From contig JAZDCZ010000427.1 in assembly GCA_036679605.1 (NCBI GenBank), positions 20,653-84,652 on the forward strand: a stretch of DNA of 64,000 nt, given 5' to 3'. Source of the DNA: Gemmatimonadota bacterium (GTDB lineage: Bacteria > Gemmatimonadota > Gemmatimonadetes > Gemmatimonadales > GWC2-71-9). Position numbers and translations under genes: made by a program. The notes beneath the pieces are model-generated. The model saw nothing but the letters and a program-made list of their open reading frames with translations. It was not told the DNA's origin and searched no databases. Shown here in pieces: positions 47,854-58,601 of this stretch (its first letter is position 1; each line of letters opens with the position of its first letter).

Positions 47854-49047
47854 CTAGGTTTCGGTCCTGTAGTAGCGCTCAAAAGTCTGTAAATCGAATT
47901 CGTCTACAAGAATCAGGTAGACGGCACCCTTCGCACCGAATCCAGCCAGCCGCCTGCCCTCGGGCAATACGATCTGCTTTTTGATTTTTGCATCCGCTCC
48001 GAACACATCAAAGGTGCGTGGTGTGCCGGCCGGTACGTGGCGCTCGACCCACATTTCACCGTTGGGTGCCACCCAGACCCCGTTTGTCGTGAACGGCGGT
48101 TTTGTCTCTGGCCACTCGTAGTCGCTCACGCTAGGCGTTCCTCTGCCACCCCCACCTCGACCAAATGACATATTGACTTGGCCGTTGTTGATGTCGACCC
48201 CCATGCTAAGACCATTACCCTGGCTGCCGATCCATTCTTCCTTTTCGGCCCGGCGGATCTTGACGGGCTTGTACGGGACCGGCGGGCCTCTGACAATCGT
48301 ACCGTTGGGCTGAACCCACTCCACGTGGTAGTCGCCCGATCGAGCCACGGCGATCCGGCCGTCGGGCGCCACCGCCCACGCGTCCACTGGACTCAGCGGT
48401 ATAGGTCGGATCATGACCCTGCGTTCGTTGGTACCACCGGATGTCGTGGTCTTTCGTCTCTCCAGACCGACCCGTCCTAGCGTATCGATAGCTCCACTTG
48501 CCCTGTCCCACCTGGCTACCGGTGCAGAGTCCGGCGGCTGTGCCCTGTTCAGTCCCACACCGATCGGTTGGAAGTAGACTCTGCCCTGGGAGTCTACCCC
48601 TCTGGGAATGATCACCCGCATCCCGCCCCTTCCGGGCATGGGTGACCCAGTCGCGATCGGAGTCGTCTCACCAAACTTCTGGTTCGGGCCCAAGAATGTC
48701 AGTCGCCCGTTCCCCAAGTCCACCAATAGAATCGAGTCGCCCGGCAGGACGAACACTCCGTCGGGTTGCTTGTACTCCTCCGGCCCCGCACCTACGCCAC
48801 CGATAGTGTCTGCTGTCTGTGCCTTCATATCCAATGCGAGCAACACCTGCTCCAGAGGATCGGCAATCAAGACGCGACCGTCGGGCAGTTCAATGATACT
48901 TCGTATGAGACTGAAAGACTCAGGGAAAGTGGCGTCCAGTTTAGTGAGCTTTTCCTGGGCTGCCTGTGCCTGCAATGAACTACCGGCAATCATCAACCCA
49001 GCGGCGGCGATCAATAATCTGGGGCTGTTCCAAGTTGAACGAACCAT
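47854..49047 (-). CDS. Secreted beta-propeller hypothetical protein
   Basis: Signal peptide; GAGPEEYKQP and propeller-type repeats. Confidence 0.7.
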   Translation of the reverse strand: MVRSTWNSPRLLIAAAGLMIAGSSLQAQAAQEKLTKLDATFPESFSLIRSIIELPDGRVLIADPLEQVLLALDMKAQTADTIGGVGAGPEEYKQPDGVFVLPGDSILLVDLGNGRLTFLGPNQKFGETTPIATGSPMPGRGGMRVIIPRGVDSQGRVYFQPIGVGLNRAQPPDSAPVARWDRASGAIDTLGRVGLERRKTTTSGGTNERRVMIRPIPLSPVDAWAVAPDGRIAVARSGDYHVEWVQPNGTIVRGPPVPYKPVKIRRAEKEEWIGSQGNGLSMGVDINNGQVNMSFGRGGGGRGTPSVSDYEWPETKPPFTTNGVWVAPNGEMWVERHVPAGTPRTFDVFGADAKIKKQIVLPEGRRLAGFGAKGAVYLILVDEFDLQTFERYYRTET

Positions 49048-49229
49048 TGCTTACATCCTCAAGTATCGTGTGCGTTAGATATTGGGGGTGACGGCTTTTC
49101 TGCTCCGGCACCCGACGGCTTGTTGTAGTCTAATGATGCCTAAGGTGTTCCAGGAGTCGCACTGGTATAGTGTGTCAGAAGTCCGTTTGCCCACCGAGTG
49201 GCGTCGGCCGGGATGCGATGCAGGAAAAC

Positions 49230-49946
49230 TCAGAGAATCTGCTTCAGAATGACCACTGCACCGGCCAGCACCGATACGGTGAGCACCGTGACGCGAGTAT
49301 ACCCCCCATCGAGGAACCGTGCTACCGGGCGCGATACGAGAACACCTAGCAGGACCCCCGGAAGGAGCGACATCGCCACCACTACGTCGGCCCACCCGAA
49401 CCGCCCAACGAAGTGCAGTGCTACGAGTGACAGTGCCGCACCCACGACGAAGTAGGCGGACAACGTCCCTCGAACACGCGACCCCGACTCGTGTTGATAA
49501 AGCAAAGCTATTGGCGGACCGCCTATCGAGACGGTGGTCGCAGTAAAACCGGAGACAAGACCAGCCGACAGCAGTGTGCCCCGCTTGAGCTTGATCTTCC
49601 ATCCGGAAGCGGTGATCCCTGCCGAGAGAATCACGAGCAGGCCGAACGCGATCGCCATTCGCCGCTCCGAGATGGCCAAGAGTGCGGCCGCCCCCGCAGC
49701 CACCCCGACAACTCTCCCACTCAAAGCCCATCCAAGATCCGAAAACACAATTCCGTGACGTTCGCGGTGGGTGAGGAGCAGCGTTAGAACAAGCGACGAG
49801 AAAAGCAACGGACCTGGCACAAGCTTTGGATCGATCAGCAACAGGAATGGCGACGCCACCAAGCCGAGCCCAAAGCCCACTGCTCCCTGAAGTGTTGTAC
49901 CCGCTGCAACCACGGCAGCGGCCAGGACGAAGTCGAGAAGGCTCAA
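49230..49946 (-). CDS. Sulfite exporter TauE/SafE family permease
   Basis: QGAVGFGLGLV and SIGGPP motifs; about 8 TM helices. Confidence 0.88.
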   Translation of the reverse strand: MSLLDFVLAAAVVAAGTTLQGAVGFGLGLVASPFLLLIDPKLVPGPLLFSSLVLTLLLTHRERHGIVFSDLGWALSGRVVGVAAGAAALLAISERRMAIAFGLLVILSAGITASGWKIKLKRGTLLSAGLVSGFTATTVSIGGPPIALLYQHESGSRVRGTLSAYFVVGAALSLVALHFVGRFGWADVVVAMSLLPGVLLGVLVSRPVARFLDGGYTRVTVLTVSVLAGAVVILKQIL

Positions 49947-50926
49947 GAGGTGGGGTCGGGGTCGGGGTCGGGGTCGCCGATGTCCAGTAGCACCTTGAGG
50001 ACTCCCGGTTTCGTCGCGTGATCGAGTGCTGCGACACCATCTATCAGGGGGTAGCGAGCGTGGACGAGAGATTCAACATCGACCTTCTGCTGCGCCAGGA
50101 GATCGAGTGCCGGCGCAAACGGTCCGCAGCGGGAACCCACGATCGTCACTTCATTGACCACAACACGTGATGCGTCGACTGTGAGATTCCCGGCATAGGT
50201 GCTCTTCATGACCAGCGTCCCCCTGGGGCGTAGAGCCGAGAGAGCCAAGCCGAATCCACTCTCGCTGCCGGTGCACTCGACCGCCAAGTCGAAACGGCCG
50301 AAATCCACTGCGTCCTCTCTGCACGTTCGAATTCCCCGCACCTCGAGAAGTTCGAGTTTGTCTGGATGTCGTCCTACTACCGTCAGGTCACAACCGATTA
50401 GAGCAAACGTCTGGCCTATCAATTGCCCCAACTTGCCATCCCCCACGACCAGCACACGATCGTCTGGTCGAATCTCTATCTGCTCCTGGATCTCGAGCGC
50501 TGCTGCCAACGGCTCTGTGAATGTCGCAGCGTCGGTAGACACACTATCGGGCACCGCGTGCAGATTCTCCAAAGGTAGGGTCAGATACTCCGCAAAGGCT
50601 CCGTTTCGACCCACGATTCCGAGCACCGTACGCCTCTCGCAGTGCTCTCGCATCCCGGCAATACATGGGGAACAGTTTCCACATGCAACGTTTATCTCGC
50701 CAACGACGCGCCTACCCATAAGGCTATCCGGGCCTTGCTCCACCACACCAACGAACTCGTGACCGAGGATTCCGTTGAACGGATAGTAGCCGCGGGTGAG
50801 TTCCAGGTCGGTATTGCAGATACCGGCCCTAACGGTCCGCACTAGCACCTCGCCTTCGGGTACCTCGGGCATTGGTACGTCGACTCTCAATTCGAGCTGG
50901 CCGTCGGCCAGCCAAAGCGACTTCAT
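49943..50926 (-). CDS. Zinc-binding MDR alcohol dehydrogenase family protein
   Basis: GICNTD, GHEFVG, CxxCxxCx7C and GDGKLG motifs. Start reassigned to ATG 50926. Confidence 0.9.
   Translation of the reverse strand: MKSLWLADGQLELRVDVPMPEVPEGEVLVRTVRAGICNTDLELTRGYYPFNGILGHEFVGVVEQGPDSLMGRRVVGEINVACGNCSPCIAGMREHCERRTVLGIVGRNGAFAEYLTLPLENLHAVPDSVSTDAATFTEPLAAALEIQEQIEIRPDDRVLVVGDGKLGQLIGQTFALIGCDLTVVGRHPDKLELLEVRGIRTCREDAVDFGRFDLAVECTGSESGFGLALSALRPRGTLVMKSTYAGNLTVDASRVVVNEVTIVGSRCGPFAPALDLLAQQKVDVESLVHARYPLIDGVAALDHATKPGVLKVLLDIGDPDPDPDPTS
49952..49975 (+). repeat. (GGGGTC)x4 microsatellite encoding a DPDPDPDP tail of the dehydrogenase
   Basis: Read directly from the sequence. Confidence 0.8.
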
Positions 50927-51087
50927 TTGTACAAATCTCCGTTCAATCGTGGAACGCGAAGGCACTGAAGGTACATCGCATACCGAGAGCAAGGAAACTT
51001 TTTCAAACCAGTGGCGTTAAACCTATAGTGTGGTGGACGGGAACAACTGGGAAAACATTACTGCTTCATCTAACGGAGGGACAACAG

Positions 51088-51534
51088 ATGATCTTCAAGA
51101 AGGCTCACTTCGCAATCGTCGCCGCCTTTGCGGCCGCGACCCTGGTAGCAACGAGCGCGAGCGCCGATGTGCCTAACGACGGAGCGGCTGTCATCGTGAA
51201 TAACGAGGACAACGCCAACACAACCAAGCTCTACGTCGACAACAGGAACCCGTTGGACGTCAGTCTGTACGTGGTGACTACCGAAGGAAGACGTGAGAGT
51301 CTGGGAATCGTCAATGGAATGGCTCAAGCCACCTTCGCGCTGCCAAGTTGGCTCGACGATGGCACAAAGTTTCGGATCAAGGCTTACTCGTTGGGCCCCA
51401 TCAGTCCTTCGACACACGTGCGACGCACACTCAAGGGTGTGAAGACCAACGTACTCGCGGCGTCGGCGGACAGGACGATCACGCTCCGCATTGCGAGCGA
51501 TATCGAAAAGTCAAACATTCCCGCAGGGTACTAA
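51088..51534 (+). CDS. Hypothetical secreted protein
   Basis: GGAGGG RBS, signal peptide ending ASA, beta-rich body. Confidence 0.7.
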   Translation: MIFKKAHFAIVAAFAAATLVATSASADVPNDGAAVIVNNEDNANTTKLYVDNRNPLDVSLYVVTTEGRRESLGIVNGMAQATFALPSWLDDGTKFRIKAYSLGPISPSTHVRRTLKGVKTNVLAASADRTITLRIASDIEKSNIPAGY

Positions 51535-51552
51535 GCTTCCTAGGAAATGAGT

Positions 51553-51576
51553 CCGGGCTGTCCCTCCACAGCCCGG
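51553..51576 (+). terminator. GC-rich hairpin after the secreted protein gene (possible terminator; no U-tract)
   Basis: CCGGGCTGT (51553-51561) pairs with ACAGCCCGG (51568-51576). Confidence 0.4.
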
Positions 51577-51684
51577 GCTGATCTCCCCCTCCCAAAAACT
51601 CCAAACATTCTAAGGATCTTGCAGGATCGGGTAATTGGGTGCATATACCTCGGCGTCCCAAACTATCCAACGCCAGAGACAATC

Positions 51685-53292
51685 ATGAGACCAACAGCAT
51701 TACTCCTAAGTCTTCTACTCGTACCACCCGTTGTCGCATCCGCGCAGGGACCTTCCTCCAATAGCCAGTTCCGTCCGCCGCGAAGCGCTCTGATGGAGGA
51801 CGTCGTATCGGAAGTGCAGGAGATGGCAAAGCTAACCCAAGTCATGGTCGACAAGATATTCAGCTTCTCCGAGTTGGGCTTTCAAGAGTTCGAGACTTCG
51901 CGGTACATAACCACGATCCTGGAAGAAAACGGATTCGACATAGAGCAGGGAATCGCCGGGATACCCACCGCATGGGTTGCCAAATGGGGGTCCGGAAGAC
52001 CGGTCATCGCATTCGGCAGCGATATCGACGGCATACCAAAGGCTAACCAGAGGCCCGGCGTGGCCTACCACGACCCTCTAGTTGAGGGAGCACCTGGGCA
52101 CGGTGAAGGGCATAACTCGGGCCAGGCAGTAAACGTCACGGCCGCACTGGCTCTCAAGAAAATCATGGAGCGCGAAGGCTTGTCGGGAACGCTGATGCTC
52201 TGGCCGGGCGTGGCCGAAGAATTAGTTGCAACCAAAGCCTATTTCGTGCGTGACGGCTATTTCGCGGGCGTGGACGCCGTATTGTTTACCCACGTGGGAA
52301 ACAATCTCGGTGTGTCCTACGGACAGGCCAACGGCACAGGACTCGTTTCCGCTCTATTCGAGTTCGAAGGAGAAGCCGCCCACGGAGCCGGCGCTCCCTG
52401 GCGAGGTCGAAGTGCACTCGACGCAGTCGAATTAATGGACATCGGCTGGAACTTCCGGCGCGAGCACCTAAGACCACTCCAGCGCTCACATTATGTGATC
52501 CCGGATGGTGGAGACCAGCCTAACGTGGTGCCGCAGGCAGCATCGGTCTGGTACTACTTCCGAGAGATGGACTATCCGAACATCAAGAAAAATTTCGAAA
52601 TCGGAATAAAGATGGCGCAAGCCGCCGCAATGATGACCGATACGGAAATGAGCTATCGCATACTTGGCTCCGCATGGCCACGACATTTCAACAAAGTGAT
52701 TGCGGAGACCATGTACAAGAACATCGAAAAGGTGGGCCTACCCGAGTGGACGGAAGACGATCAGGCGCTGGCAAAGGCCGTGCAAGGTGTAATGGGAAGT
52801 GAAGAAAAAGGACTGGCGACCGAGCTGGACGAAATCGGGAAACCTTCCGAGCACCGCACGAGCGGTGGTTCCGACGATATCGGTGACATTTCCTGGACGG
52901 TACCCACAGTGACTCTACGGTTTCCGTCGAATATCCCGGGCCTGCCCGGTCATCACTGGTCGAACGCGATCGCCATGGCAACACCGATTGCACACAAGGG
53001 CGCCACCGCCGGAGCGAAGGTGCTCGCCATGACAGCACTCGACTTCATCAAGAACCCCAAGCTAGTGGAACAGTCCTGGACCTACTTCCGGGAAGTGCAA
53101 ACCAAGGAGACGACATACACACCGTTCATATCCGCTGACGATGAGCCCGCCATACACCTAAACAAAGAGATCATGGAGCGATTCAAGCCCGAGCTGAAGA
53201 AGTATTACTACGATCCTGACAAATACGATACATACCTGGAGCAGCTGGGCGTTACTTATCCGACGTTGAAGCCAAGTTCGGGAGGTAGCTAA
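51685..53292 (+). CDS. M20 family amidohydrolase (AbgB-like)
   Basis: ELGFQE, GHGEGHN, AEE, GRSALDAVELM and GSDDIGD motifs. Start reassigned to ATG 51685 (signal peptide). Confidence 0.88.
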   Translation: MRPTALLLSLLLVPPVVASAQGPSSNSQFRPPRSALMEDVVSEVQEMAKLTQVMVDKIFSFSELGFQEFETSRYITTILEENGFDIEQGIAGIPTAWVAKWGSGRPVIAFGSDIDGIPKANQRPGVAYHDPLVEGAPGHGEGHNSGQAVNVTAALALKKIMEREGLSGTLMLWPGVAEELVATKAYFVRDGYFAGVDAVLFTHVGNNLGVSYGQANGTGLVSALFEFEGEAAHGAGAPWRGRSALDAVELMDIGWNFRREHLRPLQRSHYVIPDGGDQPNVVPQAASVWYYFREMDYPNIKKNFEIGIKMAQAAAMMTDTEMSYRILGSAWPRHFNKVIAETMYKNIEKVGLPEWTEDDQALAKAVQGVMGSEEKGLATELDEIGKPSEHRTSGGSDDIGDISWTVPTVTLRFPSNIPGLPGHHWSNAIAMATPIAHKGATAGAKVLAMTALDFIKNPKLVEQSWTYFREVQTKETTYTPFISADDEPAIHLNKEIMERFKPELKKYYYDPDKYDTYLEQLGVTYPTLKPSSGGS

Positions 53293-53301
53293 CCGGCCCT
53301 G

Positions 53302-54996
53302 TCAGGCCGTCTCCTGTTCCTGTAGCCCCAACTCGTCGATCATCTTTTTCCGCATGATGAACTTCTGGACTTTGCCGGTAACCGTCATGGGAAACGTATC
53401 AACGAACTTGACGTAGTATGGGACCTTGTAATGGGCGATTTGTCCCTTGCAGAAGTCTCGAATGTCGTCCTCAGTAGCCGACTCACCGTCACGAAGTTTG
53501 ACCCAGGCACACAATTGCTCTCCGTACTTGGCATCGGGCACACCCACTACGTGGACAGCCTCCACCTTCGAGTTGGTATAGATGAAATCTTCGACCTCCT
53601 TGGGATACACGTTCTCACCCCCACGAACTATCATGTCCTTGATGCGCCCCACGATGTTGCAAAACCCTTCCCCGTCGATCGTGGCCAGATCGCCTGTGTG
53701 CATCCAACCGGTGGCGTCGACGGCCGCCTTTGTCTGATCCGTATCACCCCAATAGCCGAGCATGACCATGTAACCCCGCGTGCATAGCTCGCCCGGAACC
53801 CCCCTGGGTACGATACGGCCTGCGTCATCTATTACCTTGGCCTCTACGTGCGGATGTATCCGACCCACTGTGCTGACGCGCCGGTCAAGCGGATCGGTTG
53901 GCAGAGTCTGGAAGCTCGCCGGACTCGTCTCTGTCATGCCATATGCAATACCAACCTCCGCCATATGCATCTCATCGACGACACGCTTCATTACTTCGAT
54001 CGGACAAGGCGACCCCGCCATGATACCGGTGCGTAATGACGTCAAGTCGAACGAACTAAACTCAGGGTGCTCCAGCTCGGCAATAAACATAGTGGGCACC
54101 CCATAAAGCACGGTGCATCGCTCGGCCTCTATTGCTTGGAGCACCGCTGCGGCATCGAAACCGTCTGACGCATACACCATGGTCGAGCCGTGCGTGAGAC
54201 TGGCGAGATTACCCACGACCATTCCGAAACAATGGTATAGCGGCACCGGGATGCAGACCCGATCTCGTTCCGTGAGCCCCAGCAGTTCGCCAACGAAGAA
54301 GCCGTTGTTCAAGATGTTGTGATGGGTCAGCGTCGCGCCTTTGGGAGCCCCCGTAGTTCCGCTGGTGAATTGGATGTTGATCGGATTGTCGAATTGAAGC
54401 AACGGAGCAAGACGCTCGAGAGCTTGCACTCCGGTCTCCTCACCCATCTGCAGCAACTGGTCGAACGAATACAGGCCGGGAATCGCGTCATTGCCCAAGT
54501 GCACAACTGTCGTGAGCGACGGTATTGTTGACGCTTCGAGTTTGCCCGGCACACTACCACCGATCTCTGGGGCAAGCAAGCGCAACATTTCCAGGTAGTC
54601 GCTTGACTTGAACTCCGTCGCAGTGATCAGGGCACGGCATTCCACCTTGTTTAGAGCGTACTCCAACTCAGTCACTCGGTAGGCAGGATTGATGTTGACC
54701 AAAATCAAGCCCGCCTTTGCCGTAGCAAATTGCGTAACGACCCATTCCGATCTATTGGGAGACCAAATACCAACCCGGTCGCCCGGCTCCAACCCCAACG
54801 AGAGCAACCCGGCTGCGCAGGCGTCCACTCGCTCCTTCAGTTCGGAATAGTTCCAGTGGATTCCCTGCTGTCGCACCACCAGCGCGTCGCGATCCGGCCA
54901 GCGATCCACTGCCCGATCAAAGTGCGCTCCGATCGTCTCGCTTATGAAGGGAGTGTCACTTGCACCGTGGACGTAGCTGCTCGCAATAGCTGTCAT
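53302..54996 (-). CDS. Acyl-CoA synthetase (AMP-binding)
   Basis: [28 protein letters not shown] and TGKVQK motifs. Confidence 0.93.
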   Translation of the reverse strand: MTAIASSYVHGASDTPFISETIGAHFDRAVDRWPDRDALVVRQQGIHWNYSELKERVDACAAGLLSLGLEPGDRVGIWSPNRSEWVVTQFATAKAGLILVNINPAYRVTELEYALNKVECRALITATEFKSSDYLEMLRLLAPEIGGSVPGKLEASTIPSLTTVVHLGNDAIPGLYSFDQLLQMGEETGVQALERLAPLLQFDNPINIQFTSGTTGAPKGATLTHHNILNNGFFVGELLGLTERDRVCIPVPLYHCFGMVVGNLASLTHGSTMVYASDGFDAAAVLQAIEAERCTVLYGVPTMFIAELEHPEFSSFDLTSLRTGIMAGSPCPIEVMKRVVDEMHMAEVGIAYGMTETSPASFQTLPTDPLDRRVSTVGRIHPHVEAKVIDDAGRIVPRGVPGELCTRGYMVMLGYWGDTDQTKAAVDATGWMHTGDLATIDGEGFCNIVGRIKDMIVRGGENVYPKEVEDFIYTNSKVEAVHVVGVPDAKYGEQLCAWVKLRDGESATEDDIRDFCKGQIAHYKVPYYVKFVDTFPMTVTGKVQKFIMRKKMIDELGLQEQETA

Positions 54997-55029
54997 AGCG
55001 TTTCTATCGAAACACGTGTTAAGGCGCCA

Positions 55030-56943
55030 CTAGATCTCGACTTGCATCCCCAGTTCTACTACGCGATTGGCGGGCAGACAGAAGTAGCGCGTTACGCCTT
55101 CCGCGTTGCGCGACATAGCCGCAAACAGATGCTCACGCCACATTGCCATCCCCGGCCTATCGGTGGCGATCACCCGCTCGCGCCCTAGAAAATAGCTCGT
55201 CTTCATGGGGGCGAAGGCAACGCCTTCGATAGTACAACCCTTTAGCAACGCCGGCACGTCAACCTCTTCCATGAACCCGAGCCGTGCGCGAACGCGGTGC
55301 ATCCCTGCACCCAGACTGATGACTTCATACCGCTCATCGTCCGCAACGAAGGGCGTCTCCTGCGGAAGAATGGTCAGGAACACGACCGTCTCATGCAGCA
55401 CGGCATTGTGTTTGAGATTGTGCAATAACGCGGGCGGCGTTCCGTCCGGCGTCGAATCCATAAACACAGCAGTTCCCGGAACACGAATAGGCGGCTTGGC
55501 TGTAACCTCCTTGACGAACAGCTCGATCGGGAACATTCGGCCTTGTTGTCTGGCCGCCAGAATCTCTCTACCTCGCTTCCACGTGGTCATGAGCGTGAAC
55601 ATTGCACCTGCAACCAACAGCGGGAACCATCCACCGTGTGGGACCTTCGGCAGGTTGGCACCCCAAAACGCAAGATCCACGACGAGAAGTCCAGCAACCA
55701 TTGAGCCTACGATCCACGGACTCCAGCGCCAGGCTCGCCACGCCACGACAGCGAACAGGATCGTGGTGAACACCATGTCCGTGGTTACAGCCACTCCGTA
55801 GGCCGCAGCCAAACTACTACTGCTGCCAAATCCCAACACTAACCCCACACAGGCGATAAGGAGAACCCAGTTAACGGCCGGCAGATATATCTGCCCCATC
55901 GAGTGAGCCGACGTGTGGGTAACATTGAGGCGCGGTAAGTATCCCATCTGCACCGCCTGTCGCGTGAGCGAAAACGCCCCCGAAATAACGGCCTGCGACG
56001 CGATCACCGTGGCGACTGCCGTGAGCCCCACCAGCGGGTACAGAGCCCAGCGCGGAGCAAGTAGATAAAACGGCTGAAAACCCGGCTCTGTAACCATGTC
56101 GGGCGAACCGATGATCAGGGCTCCCTGTCCAAAATAGTTGAGGAGCAAGGCCGGCAACACGAAAGCAAACCAAGTCACACGAATCGGACGCCGCCCGAAA
56201 TGACCCATGTCGGCATAGAGCGCCTCGCCGCCTGTGACCACGAGGAACACCGTGCCCAGCACCATGAAACCTCCCATGCCGTTAGCCAGGAAGAACCGCA
56301 CCGCGTAGTGTGGACTCACTGCTGTCAGCACGCTCGGGTGTTCCGCGATCGCGGTGATTCCCAAAACTCCGAGCGTTGCGAACCAGACCATCATGACGGG
56401 ACCGAACAAGGCTCCGACGCGCGCAGTACCGTGCCGTTGGACGCTGAATAGGACGACTAAGATGGCAATCGTTATTGGAACGACGAATGGTCGAAACGCA
56501 GGCGTTACAACCTCAAGTCCCTCGATAGCACTCAACACTGAGATCGCCGGTGTGATCATACTGTCGCCGTACAACAGTGCCGCACCGAACAAGCCCGCCA
56601 CCACCAGCAGGTAGGTGACACCCTTTGGCGCGCGGGTGCGCGGCATTACGAGGGCGGTCAGGGCAATGATTCCACCCTCTCCACGGTTATCCGCACGCAG
56701 GACGAGAAACAGATACTTGATCGAGATGACGATGATCAACGACCAAACAATGAGCGACAGCAGGCCCAGTACGTTTTCGATCGAAGCGCTCACCCCATGC
56801 GCCGGGTTGAGAGACTCGCGGATGGCATAGATAGGACTCGTCCCGATATCGCCGTACACCACGCCGAGCGCTGCCAGCGATAAGGCCGTAAGCCGGCGGC
56901 CGCTCGGTTGCGTTGCAGATGGATCAGTTTGTGTGTCAGCCAC
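55030..56943 (-). CDS. kup: Potassium uptake protein Kup
   Basis: GVVYGDIGTSP, TPAISVLSA, GGEALYADMGHFG and AAYGVAVT motifs. Confidence 0.96.
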   Translation of the reverse strand: MADTQTDPSATQPSGRRLTALSLAALGVVYGDIGTSPIYAIRESLNPAHGVSASIENVLGLLSLIVWSLIIVISIKYLFLVLRADNRGEGGIIALTALVMPRTRAPKGVTYLLVVAGLFGAALLYGDSMITPAISVLSAIEGLEVVTPAFRPFVVPITIAILVVLFSVQRHGTARVGALFGPVMMVWFATLGVLGITAIAEHPSVLTAVSPHYAVRFFLANGMGGFMVLGTVFLVVTGGEALYADMGHFGRRPIRVTWFAFVLPALLLNYFGQGALIIGSPDMVTEPGFQPFYLLAPRWALYPLVGLTAVATVIASQAVISGAFSLTRQAVQMGYLPRLNVTHTSAHSMGQIYLPAVNWVLLIACVGLVLGFGSSSSLAAAYGVAVTTDMVFTTILFAVVAWRAWRWSPWIVGSMVAGLLVVDLAFWGANLPKVPHGGWFPLLVAGAMFTLMTTWKRGREILAARQQGRMFPIELFVKEVTAKPPIRVPGTAVFMDSTPDGTPPALLHNLKHNAVLHETVVFLTILPQETPFVADDERYEVISLGAGMHRVRARLGFMEEVDVPALLKGCTIEGVAFAPMKTSYFLGRERVIATDRPGMAMWREHLFAAMSRNAEGVTRYFCLPANRVVELGMQVEI

Positions 56944-57065
56944 TCACGCACTCCCCGTGGGTGAAGCGAGAGGCAAGGTAGTGGTCCGGGGCTGGGATTA
57001 GAAGGGTGCGAGCAGTGAAACGTCCTAAATGGAGGACATCCGGCGCCGTGACCAAATACCGAGGT

Positions 57066-57191
57066 TTGACGCCGGGCCTGAGATCAGCTAACGTTCCATA
57101 AGGTAAAAATGGCCTTGCCGTGGCAGTAGTCAGGAACGCAAACAGGGATCCGGGTACCGATTGGATGCCCTTTTTTGTTCGACGCTACTGC
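57066..57191 (+). promoter_or_regulatory. Promoter and structured 5' leader of rpsU
   Basis: TTGACG (57066-57071), 17 nt spacer, TAACGT (57089-57094); nested stems 57123-57129/57185-57191, 57134-57137/57177-57180 and 57144-57151/57163-57171, with a T6 run. Confidence 0.5.
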
Positions 57192-57219
57192 TCAAGAGAT
57201 CAATACGACAGGAGAGTAT

Positions 57220-57426
57220 GTGAGCGAGATTATTCTAGACGACGGAGACCGAGTCGATTGGGCGCTCAAGGTGTTCCGCAGAAAAGTCCAGCGCTCCGGC
57301 ATCCTCAAGGACCTCCGGAAAAGACGCTACTTCGTAAAGCCTAGCTTAGCGCGGCGGTTGAAGGCGACTGCAGCGAAACGGCGTCGCAAGACGGAGAAGA
57401 GGCGCAGGGCCAGCCGAGCGAGCTAA
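57220..57426 (+). CDS. rpsU: 30S ribosomal protein S21
   Basis: ALKVFRRKVQRSGILKDLRKRRYFVKPS...K...A; GTG start after a GGAG RBS. Confidence 0.92.
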   Translation: MSEIILDDGDRVDWALKVFRRKVQRSGILKDLRKRRYFVKPSLARRLKATAAKRRRKTEKRRRASRAS

Positions 57427-57484
57427 CACAACTCAACTCCACCTAGCGTTGGCCGATCGGTCTCGGTGAACCTCAGACGACTAC

Positions 57485-58549
57485 TCAGTACTCTGGGCAC
57501 CCCCGACGAAGAAACACGCGGCGTGCATCCTTTGGATCGTTGATCCGCTTGTAGAATCGATCAAAATAGACGTGCGTGCGTTTCACCTGCTTCTGATCCA
57601 AGCCCTCCTGGTCGGTGTACAGCGTATAAATCGCATCCTTCCGATCATTGAACAATCCGAAAACACGATTCAAATCGTATGTCGTCCGACAAGGCGATAT
57701 GAACACCCGCTCACGCACACTTTGAATATCCAACTCCTCGGGCGGGTTGGCATACTTTGCGTCAACCGCTCCCGCAAAATCGAAATCAAACGGAACCATG
57801 ATCGGCAATGACGAACCTGCTTGCAGCAGTTTGATATTGTGAAGTGCCGAAACTTTCCAATCTGCCTGTCCGATGAAATACTGGAATAGCGCTACGAGAG
57901 TACCGTACTCGTCGTCCGTGTCCGCTTGGTGCACGCCCACCGAGTCGAGTACGCTGGCACCGTTACGAGCTGCCATCCGATCATCGTCCTCGATCAGGAA
58001 GGAATAGGTCGTCAGGGAATCTCGCTTTCCTTCCGTATCGACATATGTGGTTCGTGCCAATCGCACGCGAAAGCCTTTGTCAGTAAGCAGCATGTAACTT
58101 CGGTAGACGAGGTATTCCAACAAGACGTACTGCTCGTACTCGTCCTTATTATCCCGGCAATGCGTCACCAGTTTCAGTTTGTGTTGGCTCTCGAAAACTG
58201 TCTCGCCAGATTGCTCGGGTTTGAAATGGAGCCGCAGCGGGGGGAAATTGCAGTTTTTCGGATGACGGCGAAAATGTCCGCGTGTGCTCACCTCTATGTC
58301 AAGCGAAACCGGATTCCCCTCGGCATCCGAGTACGACAGCGTCGCGGGATGCAGGCCCTCTCCCTCGAACTCGAAGTCGTTATGGTCTTTGCCGATATCT
58401 TTGAGGGTCGTCTTGAGGTCGGTGGCCAGCCGGAGGTTCAGAATCTCGTGCGATTCAAACACCGGCTGAGCGGGCGATAGAGAGTCTGGAACTCCCTGTG
58501 CGCCTAGGCCGGCAGTGAGAACTAGAAAGAGGTTTGCGACGGACAGCAT
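57485..58549 (-). CDS. Secreted hypothetical protein, CotH-kinase-like
   Basis: RGHFRR, KLKLVTHC, EYLVY, IGQADW, HNIKL and PFDFDFAG motifs. Confidence 0.65.
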   Translation of the reverse strand: MLSVANLFLVLTAGLGAQGVPDSLSPAQPVFESHEILNLRLATDLKTTLKDIGKDHNDFEFEGEGLHPATLSYSDAEGNPVSLDIEVSTRGHFRRHPKNCNFPPLRLHFKPEQSGETVFESQHKLKLVTHCRDNKDEYEQYVLLEYLVYRSYMLLTDKGFRVRLARTTYVDTEGKRDSLTTYSFLIEDDDRMAARNGASVLDSVGVHQADTDDEYGTLVALFQYFIGQADWKVSALHNIKLLQAGSSLPIMVPFDFDFAGAVDAKYANPPEELDIQSVRERVFISPCRTTYDLNRVFGLFNDRKDAIYTLYTDQEGLDQKQVKRTHVYFDRFYKRINDPKDARRVFLRRGCPEY

Positions 58550-58601
58550 TGGTGGTCTAACATAACGGACTGGCTACTCAGCGCTAGGGGCTCCAGAGAG
58601 C

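Noticed and set aside
49952..49975. Phase-variable repeat
   Set aside because: The unit is 6 bp (frame-preserving) and lies at the extreme C-terminus.
49075..50040. 321-aa minus-strand ORF
   Set aside because: An alternative-frame overlap of the TauE and dehydrogenase genes, Arg/Ser/Gly-rich with no motifs.
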